Origin: an uncultured Gemmatimonadaceae bacterium
GTDB lineage: Bacteria > Gemmatimonadota > Gemmatimonadetes > Gemmatimonadales > GWC2-71-9
Assembly: GCA_964487785.1 (NCBI GenBank)
Contig: CAZASU010000002.1
Coordinates: forward strand, 5,020-69,019
DNA: 64,000 nucleotides
Direction of reading: 5' to 3'
A program made the position numbers and the translations under genes. Shown one piece after another: positions 38,563 to 48,298 of this stretch; the first letter of the stretch is position 1; each line of letters opens with the position of its first letter. The notes under the pieces are model-generated. The model ran no database searches. It saw only the letters and a list, made by a program, of their open reading frames with translations, and had not been told where the DNA came from.

Positions 38563-39519
38563 ATGCGCGCCGCTCCCCTCGTCTCAGGCCTGTTCCTGGT
38601 CGCTATTGCTTCGCCGGTACTGGCCCAGAACCCCGAGTGCTCCGGATACGTTGCTAACGCGCAGCGCGTGTGCGTCGCGGCGGTAGACGCCACCCGCGCC
38701 TTTCACCCGGTTATGGGCGTGCTGGTGAGCGGCGGGAACCCGATGATCGGCTCCGCCGCGACTCTTGGCGGTCTCGGCCACGCTTCGCTCACGCTGCGGG
38801 CCAACGCCGTGCAGGTGGTCCTTCCGGATCTAGCGTACGATGGAAGCAGCTCGACGGTACCGGCAGGCGACAAGTTGTGGGCCCCGGCTCCTCTGCTTGA
38901 AGGCGCCCTCGGAGTCTACGGCGGTGTCGGCAATGGACTGCTCGCCGTGGATCTGCTGGGCTCGGCGCAGCTGCTTCCCACCGACCAGATCGACAACCTC
39001 ACGGTCGACGCGGGCGCGCGAAAGATTGGCGGGCTTGCACTCGGGCTTGGATACGGCGCGCGGGTGGGACTGCTCCGCGAGCGTGGGCCGCTTCCCGCGG
39101 TGTCGGTCAGCATCATGCGGCGGGACATTCCCGAGATCACCTATGGTGACGTGCCCGCCGGAGACCGCTACAGCTACGGCGTCGATCTCCATGCCACCAA
39201 TCTGCGCATCGTTGCGAGCAAGCAGCTCCTGTTCTTCGACATGGCCGCCGGCCTCGGTTGGGACAAGTACACCGGCGATGCCGTCATCCAGTTTCGCGAC
39301 CCGATCACGAATGTGCCTCAGCCGAGCATCCCAGTGGAGCTGAACAGCTCCCGCGTCCTCGGGTTTCTCAATGCGGGGATGAGCCTGTCGGTGGTGCGGC
39401 TGACTGGTGAGGTCGGCTACCAGGGCGGGAAGGATCAGAACCTGTCCACCGATTTCGAGGATCTCGATACCACGAAGGGGAAGTTCTTCGCCGGCCTCGG
39501 CCTGCGAGTGGGCTTCTAG
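38563..39519 (+). CDS. hypothetical outer-membrane/secreted beta-rich protein
   Basis: 318 aa. Signal peptide ending PVLAQ, Gly-rich alternating segments, and a C-terminal ...FAGLGLRVGF resembling an OMP beta-signal. Confidence 0.45.
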   Translation: MRAAPLVSGLFLVAIASPVLAQNPECSGYVANAQRVCVAAVDATRAFHPVMGVLVSGGNPMIGSAATLGGLGHASLTLRANAVQVVLPDLAYDGSSSTVPAGDKLWAPAPLLEGALGVYGGVGNGLLAVDLLGSAQLLPTDQIDNLTVDAGARKIGGLALGLGYGARVGLLRERGPLPAVSVSIMRRDIPEITYGDVPAGDRYSYGVDLHATNLRIVASKQLLFFDMAAGLGWDKYTGDAVIQFRDPITNVPQPSIPVELNSSRVLGFLNAGMSLSVVRLTGEVGYQGGKDQNLSTDFEDLDTTKGKFFAGLGLRVGF

Positions 39520-39526
39520 CGCTGGA

Positions 39527-40600
39527 GTGGACGAGCGGGAGGCAATGGCCCGCGCCCTCGACCTCGCCTGGCGGGGTTGGGGAAAGGTCCAGCAGGATCC
39601 ACTGGCCGGAGCGGTGATCCTCAGAGACGATAAGCTGGTAGGCGAGGGATGGCATCCGGAATACGGTGACCGGCATGCCGAAACGGTGGCCCTGGCCGAC
39701 GCCGGCGAGCGGGCTCGAGGGGCGACGCTGGTTGTCACCCTCGAGCCCTGCTCGCATCAAGGCAAGCAGCCGCCCTGCACCGAGGCGATCATCCGTTCGG
39801 GTGTGGCACGAGTCGTCGCCGCCATGCGCGACCCCAATCCGCTGGCGGCGGGAGGTGCCGAGCGACTCCGCGAGGCGGGAGTGGACGTCGAGATTGGACC
39901 CCTGGGAGACGCCGCCGCGGTTCAGAACGCGATTTTCCTCCATGGCCTTGGTGACCAAACCCGTCCGTTCCTGGCCCTCAAGCTGGCGACTACGCTGGAC
40001 GGGCGCATCGCGGACGGATTCGGTCGTTCCCGATGGATCTCGGGTGAATCAGCCCGCGACTACGTGCAGTGGCTTCGGGCCGGTTTCGATGCCATCGCCG
40101 TTGGCGGGCGCACCGCGCGGCTGGACGACCCCGCTCTCACAGTGCGCGGACCGGTTCAGCCGCGAACGGCCCCCCGGCGCGTGGTCTTCGACCGGGTAGC
40201 GGATTTGGGGCCCAATCTCACCCTCGTCCGCACCGCCGCGGAAACCCCAACCGTAGTCGTGGTGTCTCCCGAAGCCGATCGGACCCGGGTCAAGCGACTG
40301 CAAGCCGCGGGGGTTACGGTGGTCCAAGCCGGAAGCCTCCCCGAGTCGCTTGGCTTGTTGAGAGAGCAGGGCATCGCGTCTCTCCTGGTAGAGGGTGGCG
40401 GCCAACTGGCCGGAGCGTTACTCGCGGCCGGACTGGTTGACCGGTATTACTGGATTCAGGCCCCGGTCTGGCTGGGTGAGGGCGCGGTTCCAGCTTTTGC
40501 CGGGCTCCCGACCCGGGGCCTGGACCAGGCAGAACGGTGGCGGGCAGTGGAGCGAAGGTCACTGGGAGACGACACCCTGCTCGTCATGGACCGAGGCTGA
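39527..40600 (+). CDS. ribD: bifunctional diaminohydroxyphosphoribosylaminopyrimidine deaminase / 5-amino-6-(5-phosphoribosylamino)uracil reductase
   Basis: Deaminase motifs HAETVAL and PCSHQGKQPPC, then a reductase half (LKLATTLDGRIA). Start is GTG 39527, or ATG 39545. Confidence 0.88.
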   Translation: MDEREAMARALDLAWRGWGKVQQDPLAGAVILRDDKLVGEGWHPEYGDRHAETVALADAGERARGATLVVTLEPCSHQGKQPPCTEAIIRSGVARVVAAMRDPNPLAAGGAERLREAGVDVEIGPLGDAAAVQNAIFLHGLGDQTRPFLALKLATTLDGRIADGFGRSRWISGESARDYVQWLRAGFDAIAVGGRTARLDDPALTVRGPVQPRTAPRRVVFDRVADLGPNLTLVRTAAETPTVVVVSPEADRTRVKRLQAAGVTVVQAGSLPESLGLLREQGIASLLVEGGGQLAGALLAAGLVDRYYWIQAPVWLGEGAVPAFAGLPTRGLDQAERWRAVERRSLGDDTLLVMDRG

Positions 40601-41205
40601 TGTTCACCGGAATCGTCACCGGGATCGGCACGGTGCGGAAGGCACTCACCCGCGCCGGAGGGTTGGAGCTCACCATCCAGGCGCCCTACAGCGGCATGGA
40701 GCCTGGTGAGAGTGTGGCGGTGGATGGCGCCTGCCTGACCGTCGAATCCGTCGGCCCTGACGCCTTCAGTGTCCACGTGGTGCGCACCACGCTCGACCGA
40801 ACCCGGTTCGGGGAGTACGCCAGCGGCCAGCGGGTCAACCTGGAACGGGCGCTACAGGCGGGCGACCGGCTGGGCGGCCATCTCGTCCAGGCGCACGTGG
40901 ACGGGGTAGGAAAGGTTGAGCGGGTGACCCAGCGGGAGGATGCCAGGCTGCTGGATCTCCGGGTTCCCGATCAGGTCGCCCGGGTTACGGTGCCCCTGGG
41001 GTCAATCACCGTGGACGGTGTGAGCCTCACGGTCAACGCGAAGCCGGTCCGGGACCTAATCCAGATCGCCCTCATCCCGTTTACTTTACAGCATACGACG
41101 CTGGGCGAGCGCGTGGTAGGTGATCGGGTACATCTCGAGGCCGATACCATCGGGAAGTACGTGGCCGCCCTCCTGGATCAGCGCGCCCCTACGGGATCTC
41201 CATGA
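40600..41205 (+). CDS. ribE: riboflavin synthase (alpha chain)
   Basis: [13 protein letters not shown]-terminus and two lumazine-binding repeats. TGATG junction with ribD. Confidence 0.88.
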   Translation: MFTGIVTGIGTVRKALTRAGGLELTIQAPYSGMEPGESVAVDGACLTVESVGPDAFSVHVVRTTLDRTRFGEYASGQRVNLERALQAGDRLGGHLVQAHVDGVGKVERVTQREDARLLDLRVPDQVARVTVPLGSITVDGVSLTVNAKPVRDLIQIALIPFTLQHTTLGERVVGDRVHLEADTIGKYVAALLDQRAPTGSP

Positions 41206-41224
41206 ACCGGACGAGCGGTTCCCC

Positions 41225-42433
41225 ATGACGACTTTCGGGACCATCGAGCAGGCGATCGACGATCTGCGTAATGGCAAGATCGTGATCGTGGCCGACGATG
41301 AGGATCGCGAGAACGAGGGCGATCTCGTCTGTGCGGCGGAGCTTGCTACGCCCGAGATGATCAACTTCATGACCCTGCACGGGCGCGGGCTGATCTGCCT
41401 GGCTCTCACCGGTGAGCGTTGCGACCAGCTCGGTCTGCCCCAGATGACCGAGCGTAACACCGAGGAGCTGTCCACCGCCTTTACCATCAGCATCGATGCC
41501 CAGCGCCGCTTCGGCGTGACCACGGGCATCTCGGCCACCGATCGAGCTACCACCATCCATGTCGCCATCAACCCGGCCACCGTGCCCACCGATCTTCGCC
41601 GCCCGGGCCACGTCTTTCCTCTTCGCGCCCGGCCCGGTGGCGTCCTTCAGCGCGTGGGGCAGACCGAAGCCAGCGTGGATCTCGCCCGGCTGGCCGGCCT
41701 CAACCCGGCCGGGGTCATCTGCGAGATCCTCAACGCGGACGGCTCGATGGCGCGCCGGCCCCAGCTGCAGGAGATCGCCCGGCAGCACGGCCTGACATTC
41801 GTCACGGTCTCTCAGCTGGTGGCATACCGGCTGCGGACCGAGCAGCTGGTTCACCGGGTGGCCGAGGCACGGATCCCGACCAGCTTTGGCGAGTTCACGA
41901 TCATCGGCTATCGCAATGACGTGGATTCAGCGGAGCACGTGGCGCTGGTCCATGGGGACATCAGCGGACAGCCCAATATGCTGGTTCGCATGCACTCGAA
42001 GTGCCTGACGGGCGACGTGTTCGGCTCCCAGCGCTGCGACTGCGGCTTTCAGCTGCAGCGAGCCATGGAGCTCATTGCCAAGGAAGGGAAGGGAGCCGTC
42101 GTGTACCTCGATCAGGAGGGGCGGGGCATCGGGCTTCTCAACAAGCTGCGAGCCTACGCACTCCAGGATAGCGGCGCCGATACGGTGCAGGCCAATGAGC
42201 GTCTCGGATTCGCTCCGGATCTCCGAAATTACGGCATCGGCGCGCAGATCCTCAGAGACCTGGGGCTCTCGTCCATTCGCATCATGACCAACAACCCCCG
42301 GAAGCTCGTTGGCCTGGACGGCTATGGCTTGGAGATCGTAGAGCGCGTCCCACTTCTCGCCAACCCCAATCACGAGAATCGTACCTACCTCCAGGTCAAG
42401 CGCGACAAGCTCGGCCACCTCTTCACCCACTGA
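41225..42433 (+). CDS. ribBA: bifunctional 3,4-dihydroxy-2-butanone-4-phosphate synthase / GTP cyclohydrolase II
   Basis: [11 protein letters not shown] (DHBP synthase) and [18 protein letters not shown] (GTP cyclohydrolase II zinc site). ATG 41225. Confidence 0.92.
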   Translation: MTTFGTIEQAIDDLRNGKIVIVADDEDRENEGDLVCAAELATPEMINFMTLHGRGLICLALTGERCDQLGLPQMTERNTEELSTAFTISIDAQRRFGVTTGISATDRATTIHVAINPATVPTDLRRPGHVFPLRARPGGVLQRVGQTEASVDLARLAGLNPAGVICEILNADGSMARRPQLQEIARQHGLTFVTVSQLVAYRLRTEQLVHRVAEARIPTSFGEFTIIGYRNDVDSAEHVALVHGDISGQPNMLVRMHSKCLTGDVFGSQRCDCGFQLQRAMELIAKEGKGAVVYLDQEGRGIGLLNKLRAYALQDSGADTVQANERLGFAPDLRNYGIGAQILRDLGLSSIRIMTNNPRKLVGLDGYGLEIVERVPLLANPNHENRTYLQVKRDKLGHLFTH

Positions 42434-42437
42434 TCCT

Positions 42438-42917
42438 GTGCCCGACTTCTCCGGCCGCCTTCGCGCCTCCGGGCGAGTGGCGATCCTGGTAAGCCGCTAC
42501 AATGAATTGATCACCACCAAGCTTCTCGAGGGGGCTCTCGCCTGCTGTCAGGAAGCCGGTCTTTCGCGCGAGGAGGTGGACGTCGTGTGGCTGCCCGGTG
42601 CGTTCGAGCTCCCGGTCGCGGCGGCGGCGGCGGCGGAGACCGGCCGGTATTCCTGTCTGGTCGCGCTCGGCGCAGTCATCCGGGGAGACACCCCTCATTT
42701 CGACTACGTGGCAGGCGAAGCCATCCGAGGCTTGAGCGCCGTGGCGGTGCGGCATGCGCTGCCGGTCGGATTCGGCGTGCTGACGGTGGACACGCTCCAG
42801 CAGGCGGCGGACCGAGCCGGCGGAAGTGCGGGGAACAAGGGTCACGAGGCCGCCGCGGCGGCACTCCGGGCGGCAGACGCGTTGGCCCAGCTGCGGGGAC
42901 ATCATGCTCAGAGTTGA
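42438..42917 (+). CDS. ribH: 6,7-dimethyl-8-ribityllumazine synthase
   Basis: 159 aa. VAILVSRYNELIT and GAVIRGDTPHFDYV motifs. Confidence 0.92.
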   Translation: MPDFSGRLRASGRVAILVSRYNELITTKLLEGALACCQEAGLSREEVDVVWLPGAFELPVAAAAAAETGRYSCLVALGAVIRGDTPHFDYVAGEAIRGLSAVAVRHALPVGFGVLTVDTLQQAADRAGGSAGNKGHEAAAAALRAADALAQLRGHHAQS

Positions 42918-43320
42918 GACCAAGGGCCGGGCGCGCGCGCTCCAGATCCTCTATGCCTGGGAGCTACAGGGCGGGAACCGGCCTATGCCGGTGGTGGTGA
43001 GCGGGGTTGCACACCTCACCGGACCCGAGCCTCGGATCCTGGACCGGGCCGAGGAGCTGGCCTCGGGTGTGGTCAATAATATCGAGACCCTGGATGCCGA
43101 GATTGCCCAAGCCGCGGAGAACTGGCGAATGAGCCGGATCGCGGTGGTCGAGCGGAATATTCTGCGGCTCGGCATTCACGAGCTTCGCCGGGGAGAGGTA
43201 CCCCCGAAGGTGGCGATCGACGAGGCGGTGCAGCTGGCCCATTGGTTCGGAGGGGTTCGCGCGCCTGGCTTCGTGAACGGCATTCTCGATGGGGTGGCTC
43301 ACTCACTCGGACGGCTGTAG
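42904..43320 (+). CDS. nusB: transcription antitermination factor NusB
   Basis: ATG 42904 gives MLRVETKGRARALQILYAWEL. Later ERNILRLGIHEL and FVNGILD. Usual position after ribH. Confidence 0.88.
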   Translation: MLRVETKGRARALQILYAWELQGGNRPMPVVVSGVAHLTGPEPRILDRAEELASGVVNNIETLDAEIAQAAENWRMSRIAVVERNILRLGIHELRRGEVPPKVAIDEAVQLAHWFGGVRAPGFVNGILDGVAHSLGRL

Positions 43321-43369
43321 CGCTTTTCCTGAGCATCGCGAAGAGCCGCACTTTTCACTATCGGCAATC

Positions 43370-44491
43370 GTGAACATCCTCCTGGTCAACTGGCAGGACC
43401 GCGCCAATCCGCACGCAGGCGGAGCGGAGATTCACCTCTTCGAGATCTTCGGCCGGTTGACGGCGGCCGGTCACCGGGTACGATTGATCTGCTCGGGCTG
43501 GGCCGGCGCTCCCCGGACGGCCAGGATCGACGGCATCGACATCGAGCGGGTCGGGGGGCGCAACACCTTCGCGCTGCTGGGCCGGAGAGCGGTGCGACGC
43601 GCGCTGGCGGCTGAGCACCCCGACATTCTGGTCGAAGACATCAACAAGCTGCCCCTCTTTCTCGCAGCCGGCAGCCGGCTGCCGTTCTGCGCCATCGTTC
43701 CGCACCTGTTCGGCTCCACCGCTTTTGCCGAGGCCTCGTGGCCAGTCGCCGCGACCGTGTGGGCCGCCGAGCGTCCGCTTCCCTGGGCCTACCGCCGGGC
43801 GGGGTTCCATGCGATCAGCGAGAGTACCCGGGACGATCTGGTGGCCCGCGGCGTTCCTTCGGCACGGATTCGAGTCATCCATCCCGGGGTGGATAGCAGG
43901 CACTACAGGCCGGGTCCACCGGGACGTCGCTCGGCCACACCCAGCTTCTTGTATGTTGGACGGTTGAAGCGTTATAAAGGAATAGACTTCGCCATTCGGG
44001 CCCTGGCGGTTGCCCGGCGCCGGCGCCCCGATCTTCGTCTGGAGATTGCGGGCACCGGCGATCACCGGGCCGAGCTGGAGCAGTTGGCCGCCACTCTCGA
44101 GCTCGACCGGTCAGTCATTTTCCATGGATTCGTGAGCGAGGAACGGAAGATCGACCTGATGCGCGGGGCCTGGGCCAATATTTTCCCCTCCCCGAAGGAG
44201 GGATGGGGGATCACGGTCATCGAGGCAGCGGCATGCGCCACGCCGTCGGTCGCGTCGGATAGCCCGGGGTTGCGCGACTCGGTGTGTCACGGCGAGACCG
44301 GCTTTCTGGTTCGCCACGGCGACATCGACGCCCTGGCTGCCCGGATGGTGGAGTTGGCCGACTCGCCCCCGCTGGTGGCGCGCCTGGGAGATCATGCGCG
44401 GCGCTTTGCCGAAGGGCTGACTTGGGAGCGCACGGCACGGCAGACCGAGGAACACCTGGAAGACATCATAAAGGGCTCAGCTACTGGCTGA
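43370..44491 (+). CDS. glycosyltransferase family 4
   Basis: GTG 43370 gives VNILLVNWQD. GT-B C-terminal motif EGWGITVIEAAACATPSVASDSPGLRDSV. Confidence 0.75.
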   Translation: MNILLVNWQDRANPHAGGAEIHLFEIFGRLTAAGHRVRLICSGWAGAPRTARIDGIDIERVGGRNTFALLGRRAVRRALAAEHPDILVEDINKLPLFLAAGSRLPFCAIVPHLFGSTAFAEASWPVAATVWAAERPLPWAYRRAGFHAISESTRDDLVARGVPSARIRVIHPGVDSRHYRPGPPGRRSATPSFLYVGRLKRYKGIDFAIRALAVARRRRPDLRLEIAGTGDHRAELEQLAATLELDRSVIFHGFVSEERKIDLMRGAWANIFPSPKEGWGITVIEAAACATPSVASDSPGLRDSVCHGETGFLVRHGDIDALAARMVELADSPPLVARLGDHARRFAEGLTWERTARQTEEHLEDIIKGSATG

Positions 44492-44507
44492 GCTCGGAGG
44501 AGCGTTC

Positions 44508-44822
44508 ATGCAAACGACCATCACCACCCGTCATTGCGAAGTGTCCGAGACCCTGAGGGAACGCGCGATCACAGTCATGGAGCGGCTGGGGCACCTGGCC
44601 TCCCATCCTATGGAGATGACAGTCGTGTTCGATGCCGACGGCATTCAGCAGACGGTCGAGCTGCGGCTGCACGTGGCCCGCGGCGAGATCCTGGTGGCCA
44701 AGGGCGAGGGCGCCGATCACCGCAGTGCCCTCGATCGAGCCGAGGACAAGTTGCGGCGGCAGCTCGAGCGAGTGTCCGACCGCCGTCGGGCCCGGCCTAT
44801 CCAGCCTAACAACCCGCTCTGA
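44508..44822 (+). CDS. hpf: ribosome hibernation promoting factor (short HPF/RaiA family)
   Basis: 104 aa. MQTTITTRHCEVSETLRE...ALDRAEDKLRRQL matches the S30AE/sigma-54 modulation protein pattern. A GGAGGA SD lies 7 nt upstream. Confidence 0.8.
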   Translation: MQTTITTRHCEVSETLRERAITVMERLGHLASHPMEMTVVFDADGIQQTVELRLHVARGEILVAKGEGADHRSALDRAEDKLRRQLERVSDRRRARPIQPNNPL

Positions 44823-45784
44823 TGCTGCGGCTCGGCGACTTCCTTACCCGCCGCGGAGATCCGCTGCAACTCGAGGCGCTGACTGGCGACCTGGGGCTCG
44901 ACCGGCAGATCCCGGATGCCGAGGTGGCCAGTCCGGGCCTGGCCCTGGCGGGCTATACCGGGCGCTTTGCCGCCAATCGGCTGCACGTGCTGGGTGAAAC
45001 CGAGATCACGTATCTCAACACCCTGCCGCCGGAGCAACGGCAACGGGCGCTCGCCACATTTTTCAGCTTTGACTTGCCATGCATCTTCGTCACCAAGGGC
45101 CAGGAGGTGCCGGCGGAGATGCTCGAATTCGCCCGGGGGAAGGGAGTTCCGGTGCTGCGGAGCCGACTCAAGACCGCCGAGTTCTACCGCCGGATCAAGC
45201 CCATCGTCGAGGAAGCGTTCGCCCCCCGCACCACTCTGCACGGCTCGCTGGCCGACGTCTACGGCGTTGGCTTGCTGTTCGTGGGCCGCTCCGGAATCGG
45301 CAAGAGCGAATGTGTGCTGGACCTGGTCGAGCGAGGGCACCGCCTGGTGGCCGATGACGTCGTCCAGGTCACCCGCCGTGGTCATGACGTGCTCATCGGC
45401 CGTGGCCATGAGCTGGCGGCGCACCACATGGAGATCCGCGGCATCGGGCTCATCGACATCCCCGCCTTGTTTGGGGTCCGCGCGGTGAGGCAGCAAAAGC
45501 GTATCGAGGTGGTCGTTCAGCTCGAGGACTGGGAAACCGCCAAGGACAGCGACCGGAGCGGCCTTTCCCGGGAGGAGACCACGATTCTCGAAGTGGCGGT
45601 CCCGCGCGTGGTCGTGCCGCTCAACCCCGGCAAGAACATCACGGTCATTTCGGAGGTAGTCGCCATGATGCATCTCCTCCGCTATTCCGGCGTGGACGTC
45701 GCGGCCGCCTTCAACGCGCGTCTCATCAAGCGGATGAAGGAGCAGCGCGGCGTCAAGGAGTACCTTCAGGAAGACTATGAGTGA
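44822..45784 (+). CDS. hprK: HPr kinase/phosphorylase
   Basis: 320 aa. P-loop GRSGIGKSECVLDLVERGHRLVADD and MEIRGIGLID. Confidence 0.9.
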   Translation: MLRLGDFLTRRGDPLQLEALTGDLGLDRQIPDAEVASPGLALAGYTGRFAANRLHVLGETEITYLNTLPPEQRQRALATFFSFDLPCIFVTKGQEVPAEMLEFARGKGVPVLRSRLKTAEFYRRIKPIVEEAFAPRTTLHGSLADVYGVGLLFVGRSGIGKSECVLDLVERGHRLVADDVVQVTRRGHDVLIGRGHELAAHHMEIRGIGLIDIPALFGVRAVRQQKRIEVVVQLEDWETAKDSDRSGLSREETTILEVAVPRVVVPLNPGKNITVISEVVAMMHLLRYSGVDVAAAFNARLIKRMKEQRGVKEYLQEDYE

Positions 45785-46151
45785 GGAGTTGCGGGGCGTG
45801 GTGGTGTGTCACGGCGCTTTGGCCGGCGCCCTGGTACACGCTGCGGAGCAGATCAGCGGCCTGGGAGGTGCACTGGTACCGGTGTCGAATACGGGCTGCG
45901 ATCGCGACACCCTGGAGGACCGGGTTCTCGCCGCCGTGGACGGCCACCCAGCTGTGGTGTTCGTGGATCTGGCAAGCGGATCCTGTCTCTTTGCGGTCCT
46001 CAAGCAGCTCCGGAGCGAGCAGTTGGTGAAGGTCGTCACTGGGGTCAATCTGGCGATGCTGGTGGACTTCGTGTTCCACCGCTCGCTCTCGCCCGCGGAG
46101 GCCGCCAGCCGGGCGGCAGCCGCGGGGGAGAAGTCGATCAGGATTCCCTGA
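45777..46151 (+). CDS. PTS EIIA component, mannose/fructose/sorbose family
   Basis: 124 aa. GVVVCHGALAGALVHAAEQISG carries the family's phosphorylatable His near the N-terminus. Confidence 0.75.
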   Translation: MSEELRGVVVCHGALAGALVHAAEQISGLGGALVPVSNTGCDRDTLEDRVLAAVDGHPAVVFVDLASGSCLFAVLKQLRSEQLVKVVTGVNLAMLVDFVFHRSLSPAEAASRAAAAGEKSIRIP

Positions 46152-46627
46152 TGGCCATCGTTCTTTGCCGCATCGACGACCGTCTCATCCACGGGCAGGT
46201 AGTGATTGGCTGGGGGCGCGCCATGGGCATCGACCTCATCATTCTGGTGGACGACCAGGTTGCCGCCACTGACTGGGAGCAGGAGCTCTACCGGATGGCG
46301 GTGACGCCCGAGATCGAGGTGAGGTTCGTCACGATGGCGGACGCAGCCCGGCAGATGTCCGACTGGCAATCCAACGCAAAACGCGGTTTGGTGCTGACCG
46401 GCGATCTGGAGACCATGGCGGCCCTGCGCGCGTCCAGTCCCGACGTCGTGCAACGAATCAATCTTGGCGGGATCCACCACCGGGCCGGTCGCCGTGAGCG
46501 CCTGCCGTTCATCTATCTGACCGATCAGGAGCTGCGTACCCTCCAGGCACTCGAGGCCGGCGGCGCGGTGATCACGGCGCAGGATCTGCCCACTACGGTT
46601 CCGGTGGCTTTGAAGGCTCTGGGATGA
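46151..46627 (+). CDS. PTS EIIB component, mannose/sorbose family
   Basis: ATG 46151 (TGATG junction). CRIDDRLIHGQVV is the IIB-Man active-site His motif. Confidence 0.8.
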   Translation: MAIVLCRIDDRLIHGQVVIGWGRAMGIDLIILVDDQVAATDWEQELYRMAVTPEIEVRFVTMADAARQMSDWQSNAKRGLVLTGDLETMAALRASSPDVVQRINLGGIHHRAGRRERLPFIYLTDQELRTLQALEAGGAVITAQDLPTTVPVALKALG

Positions 46628-47304
46628 ACGAGTTCTCGCCGCAGGTGGTTGTTTCGCTGCTGCTCTGGGGAACGCTCGTTGGCCTCGATCTGGTGAGCGT
46701 CCCGCAGGCAATGATCTCCCGGCCCCTCGTGGCCGGAACCGTAGCCGGGTGGCTGGTTGGGGACGTGGAGGCAGGGCTCCGAATCGGGGTGGTCTTCGAG
46801 CTCTTCGCGCTGGATGTGCTCCCCGTGGGGGCAGTGCGGTATCCTGACTATGGGCCGGCCACCATCGCGGCGGTAACGCTCGGTGCCGCTGCCCCCTGGG
46901 AGCTCAGCCTCGGCCTCAGCGTGGCCTTGGGCCTGGTGCTGGCGGTGGTCGGCGGGTGGAGTCTTCAGATTGTCCGCCGGTGGAACGCCCGGGCCATTCA
47001 GCGGCGGGCGGCCGCGCTGGCCGCTGGCGAGAGCAGTGCCATCCGCCGGCTGCAGTACGGTGCGCTGCTGCGCGATGCGGCACGTGGGTTGATCCTCACG
47101 CTGCTGGGCATCGTGCTCGCCTCCACCATCAAGGAGATGGTGCGTCTCGACCGCCAGACCGCGGTGGCTCTCACCCTGGTCGCGCTCGGATCCGCGCTCG
47201 CGGCCGCGGTCAACGGTGCGGTTCGCAGCTCCGGCCGCAGCGCCAGGCTCAAGTGGCTTCTGGCCGGCGCTGGTGTGGGCGTGCTCCTGGCGGTGCTCGC
47301 GTGA
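46624..47304 (+). CDS. PTS EIIC component, mannose/sorbose family (compact, 226 aa)
   Basis: Polytopic membrane protein following IIB with an ATGA overlap. The position and hydrophobic pattern fit IIC-Man. It is shorter than E. coli ManY. Confidence 0.65.
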   Translation: MNEFSPQVVVSLLLWGTLVGLDLVSVPQAMISRPLVAGTVAGWLVGDVEAGLRIGVVFELFALDVLPVGAVRYPDYGPATIAAVTLGAAAPWELSLGLSVALGLVLAVVGGWSLQIVRRWNARAIQRRAAALAAGESSAIRRLQYGALLRDAARGLILTLLGIVLASTIKEMVRLDRQTAVALTLVALGSALAAAVNGAVRSSGRSARLKWLLAGAGVGVLLAVLA

Positions 47305-48035
47305 CCGGGCGGCTGCGTGCCTTGCTCCGGCTCTTCGCGGTCCAGGGAACCTGGAACTACGAGCGCATGCTCGGGGTAGGAATGGGCTACGCGGCGGAGC
47401 CGCTGCTGGAGGATCTGAAAGCGGTGGACCCGGTCCGGCACGGGGAAGCGGTCGCCCGGTCGGCGGAGTTCTTCAACTGCAACCCTAATCTGGCGGGCCT
47501 GGCGCTCGGCGCCACCGCTCGTGCGGAATATGAGGCGCTCCCCGGCGCCCAGATCGTGCGGTTTCGTACCGCCCTCTGCAGTCCGCTCGGCGCCATGGGG
47601 GACGAGCTCTTCTGGGCCGGACTGGTGCCCGCGCTGGTCGGCGCCGCGCTGGTCGGTGTAGTGCTCGGGGCGGGATGGTGGGCGATCGCCGGCTTCATTC
47701 TCATCTACAACGGCATTCGCCTGTGGACCAGCTATTGGTCGCTTCGGACCGGGATGGAGTCGGGGATGCGGGTCGGAGCAGCGATCGGAACCTCCTGGCT
47801 CCCGCGTGCCATCGAACGAGTTGGCCCGGCAGCCGCGTTCGCCATTGGCGCCGCCATTCCCGTGGTTGCAGCCTGGTACCTGAAGCCATTCGGCTTCTCG
47901 GCCGGCGTCGGGGCCGCCGGGGTGTTGATGGCCGGCATCGCCCTCACCCGGTGGTTCGCACCCTTCCTGACGACGGTCCGCTTTGCCTTGGCGGCTATGA
48001 TCTTCCTGCTGGTGCTACGGAGGGTGGGCGTGTGA
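47301..48035 (+). CDS. PTS EIID component, mannose/sorbose family (compact, 244 aa)
   Basis: GTG 47301 (GTGA overlap). N-terminal LFAVQGTWNYERMLGVGMGYA resembles the IID-Man start (..Q.sfNyErmQ..G), followed by TM helices. Confidence 0.7.
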   Translation: MTGRLRALLRLFAVQGTWNYERMLGVGMGYAAEPLLEDLKAVDPVRHGEAVARSAEFFNCNPNLAGLALGATARAEYEALPGAQIVRFRTALCSPLGAMGDELFWAGLVPALVGAALVGVVLGAGWWAIAGFILIYNGIRLWTSYWSLRTGMESGMRVGAAIGTSWLPRAIERVGPAAAFAIGAAIPVVAAWYLKPFGFSAGVGAAGVLMAGIALTRWFAPFLTTVRFALAAMIFLLVLRRVGV

Positions 48036-48298
48036 TCGAGCGCGAGGCCACTATCGTGAACCTGGAAGGCCTCCATGCCCGTCCCGCCGCCCGGATCGTG
48101 CGCCTGGCCAGCTCGTTTGACTCCGACATCGAGATCTGCAAGGATGGAGTGGGGGTGAATGGCAAGAGTATCATCGGCGTGATGATGCTGGCGGCGGAGT
48201 GCGGCAGCTCGATCACCATCCGGGCCTCGGGCCCTGATGCGGAGAAGGCGGCGGCGGCTCTCGCCGCCCTCGTAGCCGACGGCTTCGGGGAGGAGTGA
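48032..48298 (+). CDS. ptsH: phosphocarrier protein HPr
   Basis: 88 aa. His-15 context EGLHARPAA and Ser-46 context NGKSIIGVM are both present. Confidence 0.85.
   Translation: MIEREATIVNLEGLHARPAARIVRLASSFDSDIEICKDGVGVNGKSIIGVMMLAAECGSSITIRASGPDAEKAAAALAALVADGFGEE

Noticed and set aside
38552-39526. Looked for an FMN (RFN) riboswitch ahead of ribD-ribE-ribBA-ribH.
   Set aside because: ribD starts 8 nt after the preceding OMP gene, and that gene starts 11 nt after purM. There is no room for a ~150-nt RFN element, and no RFN-like core was seen.
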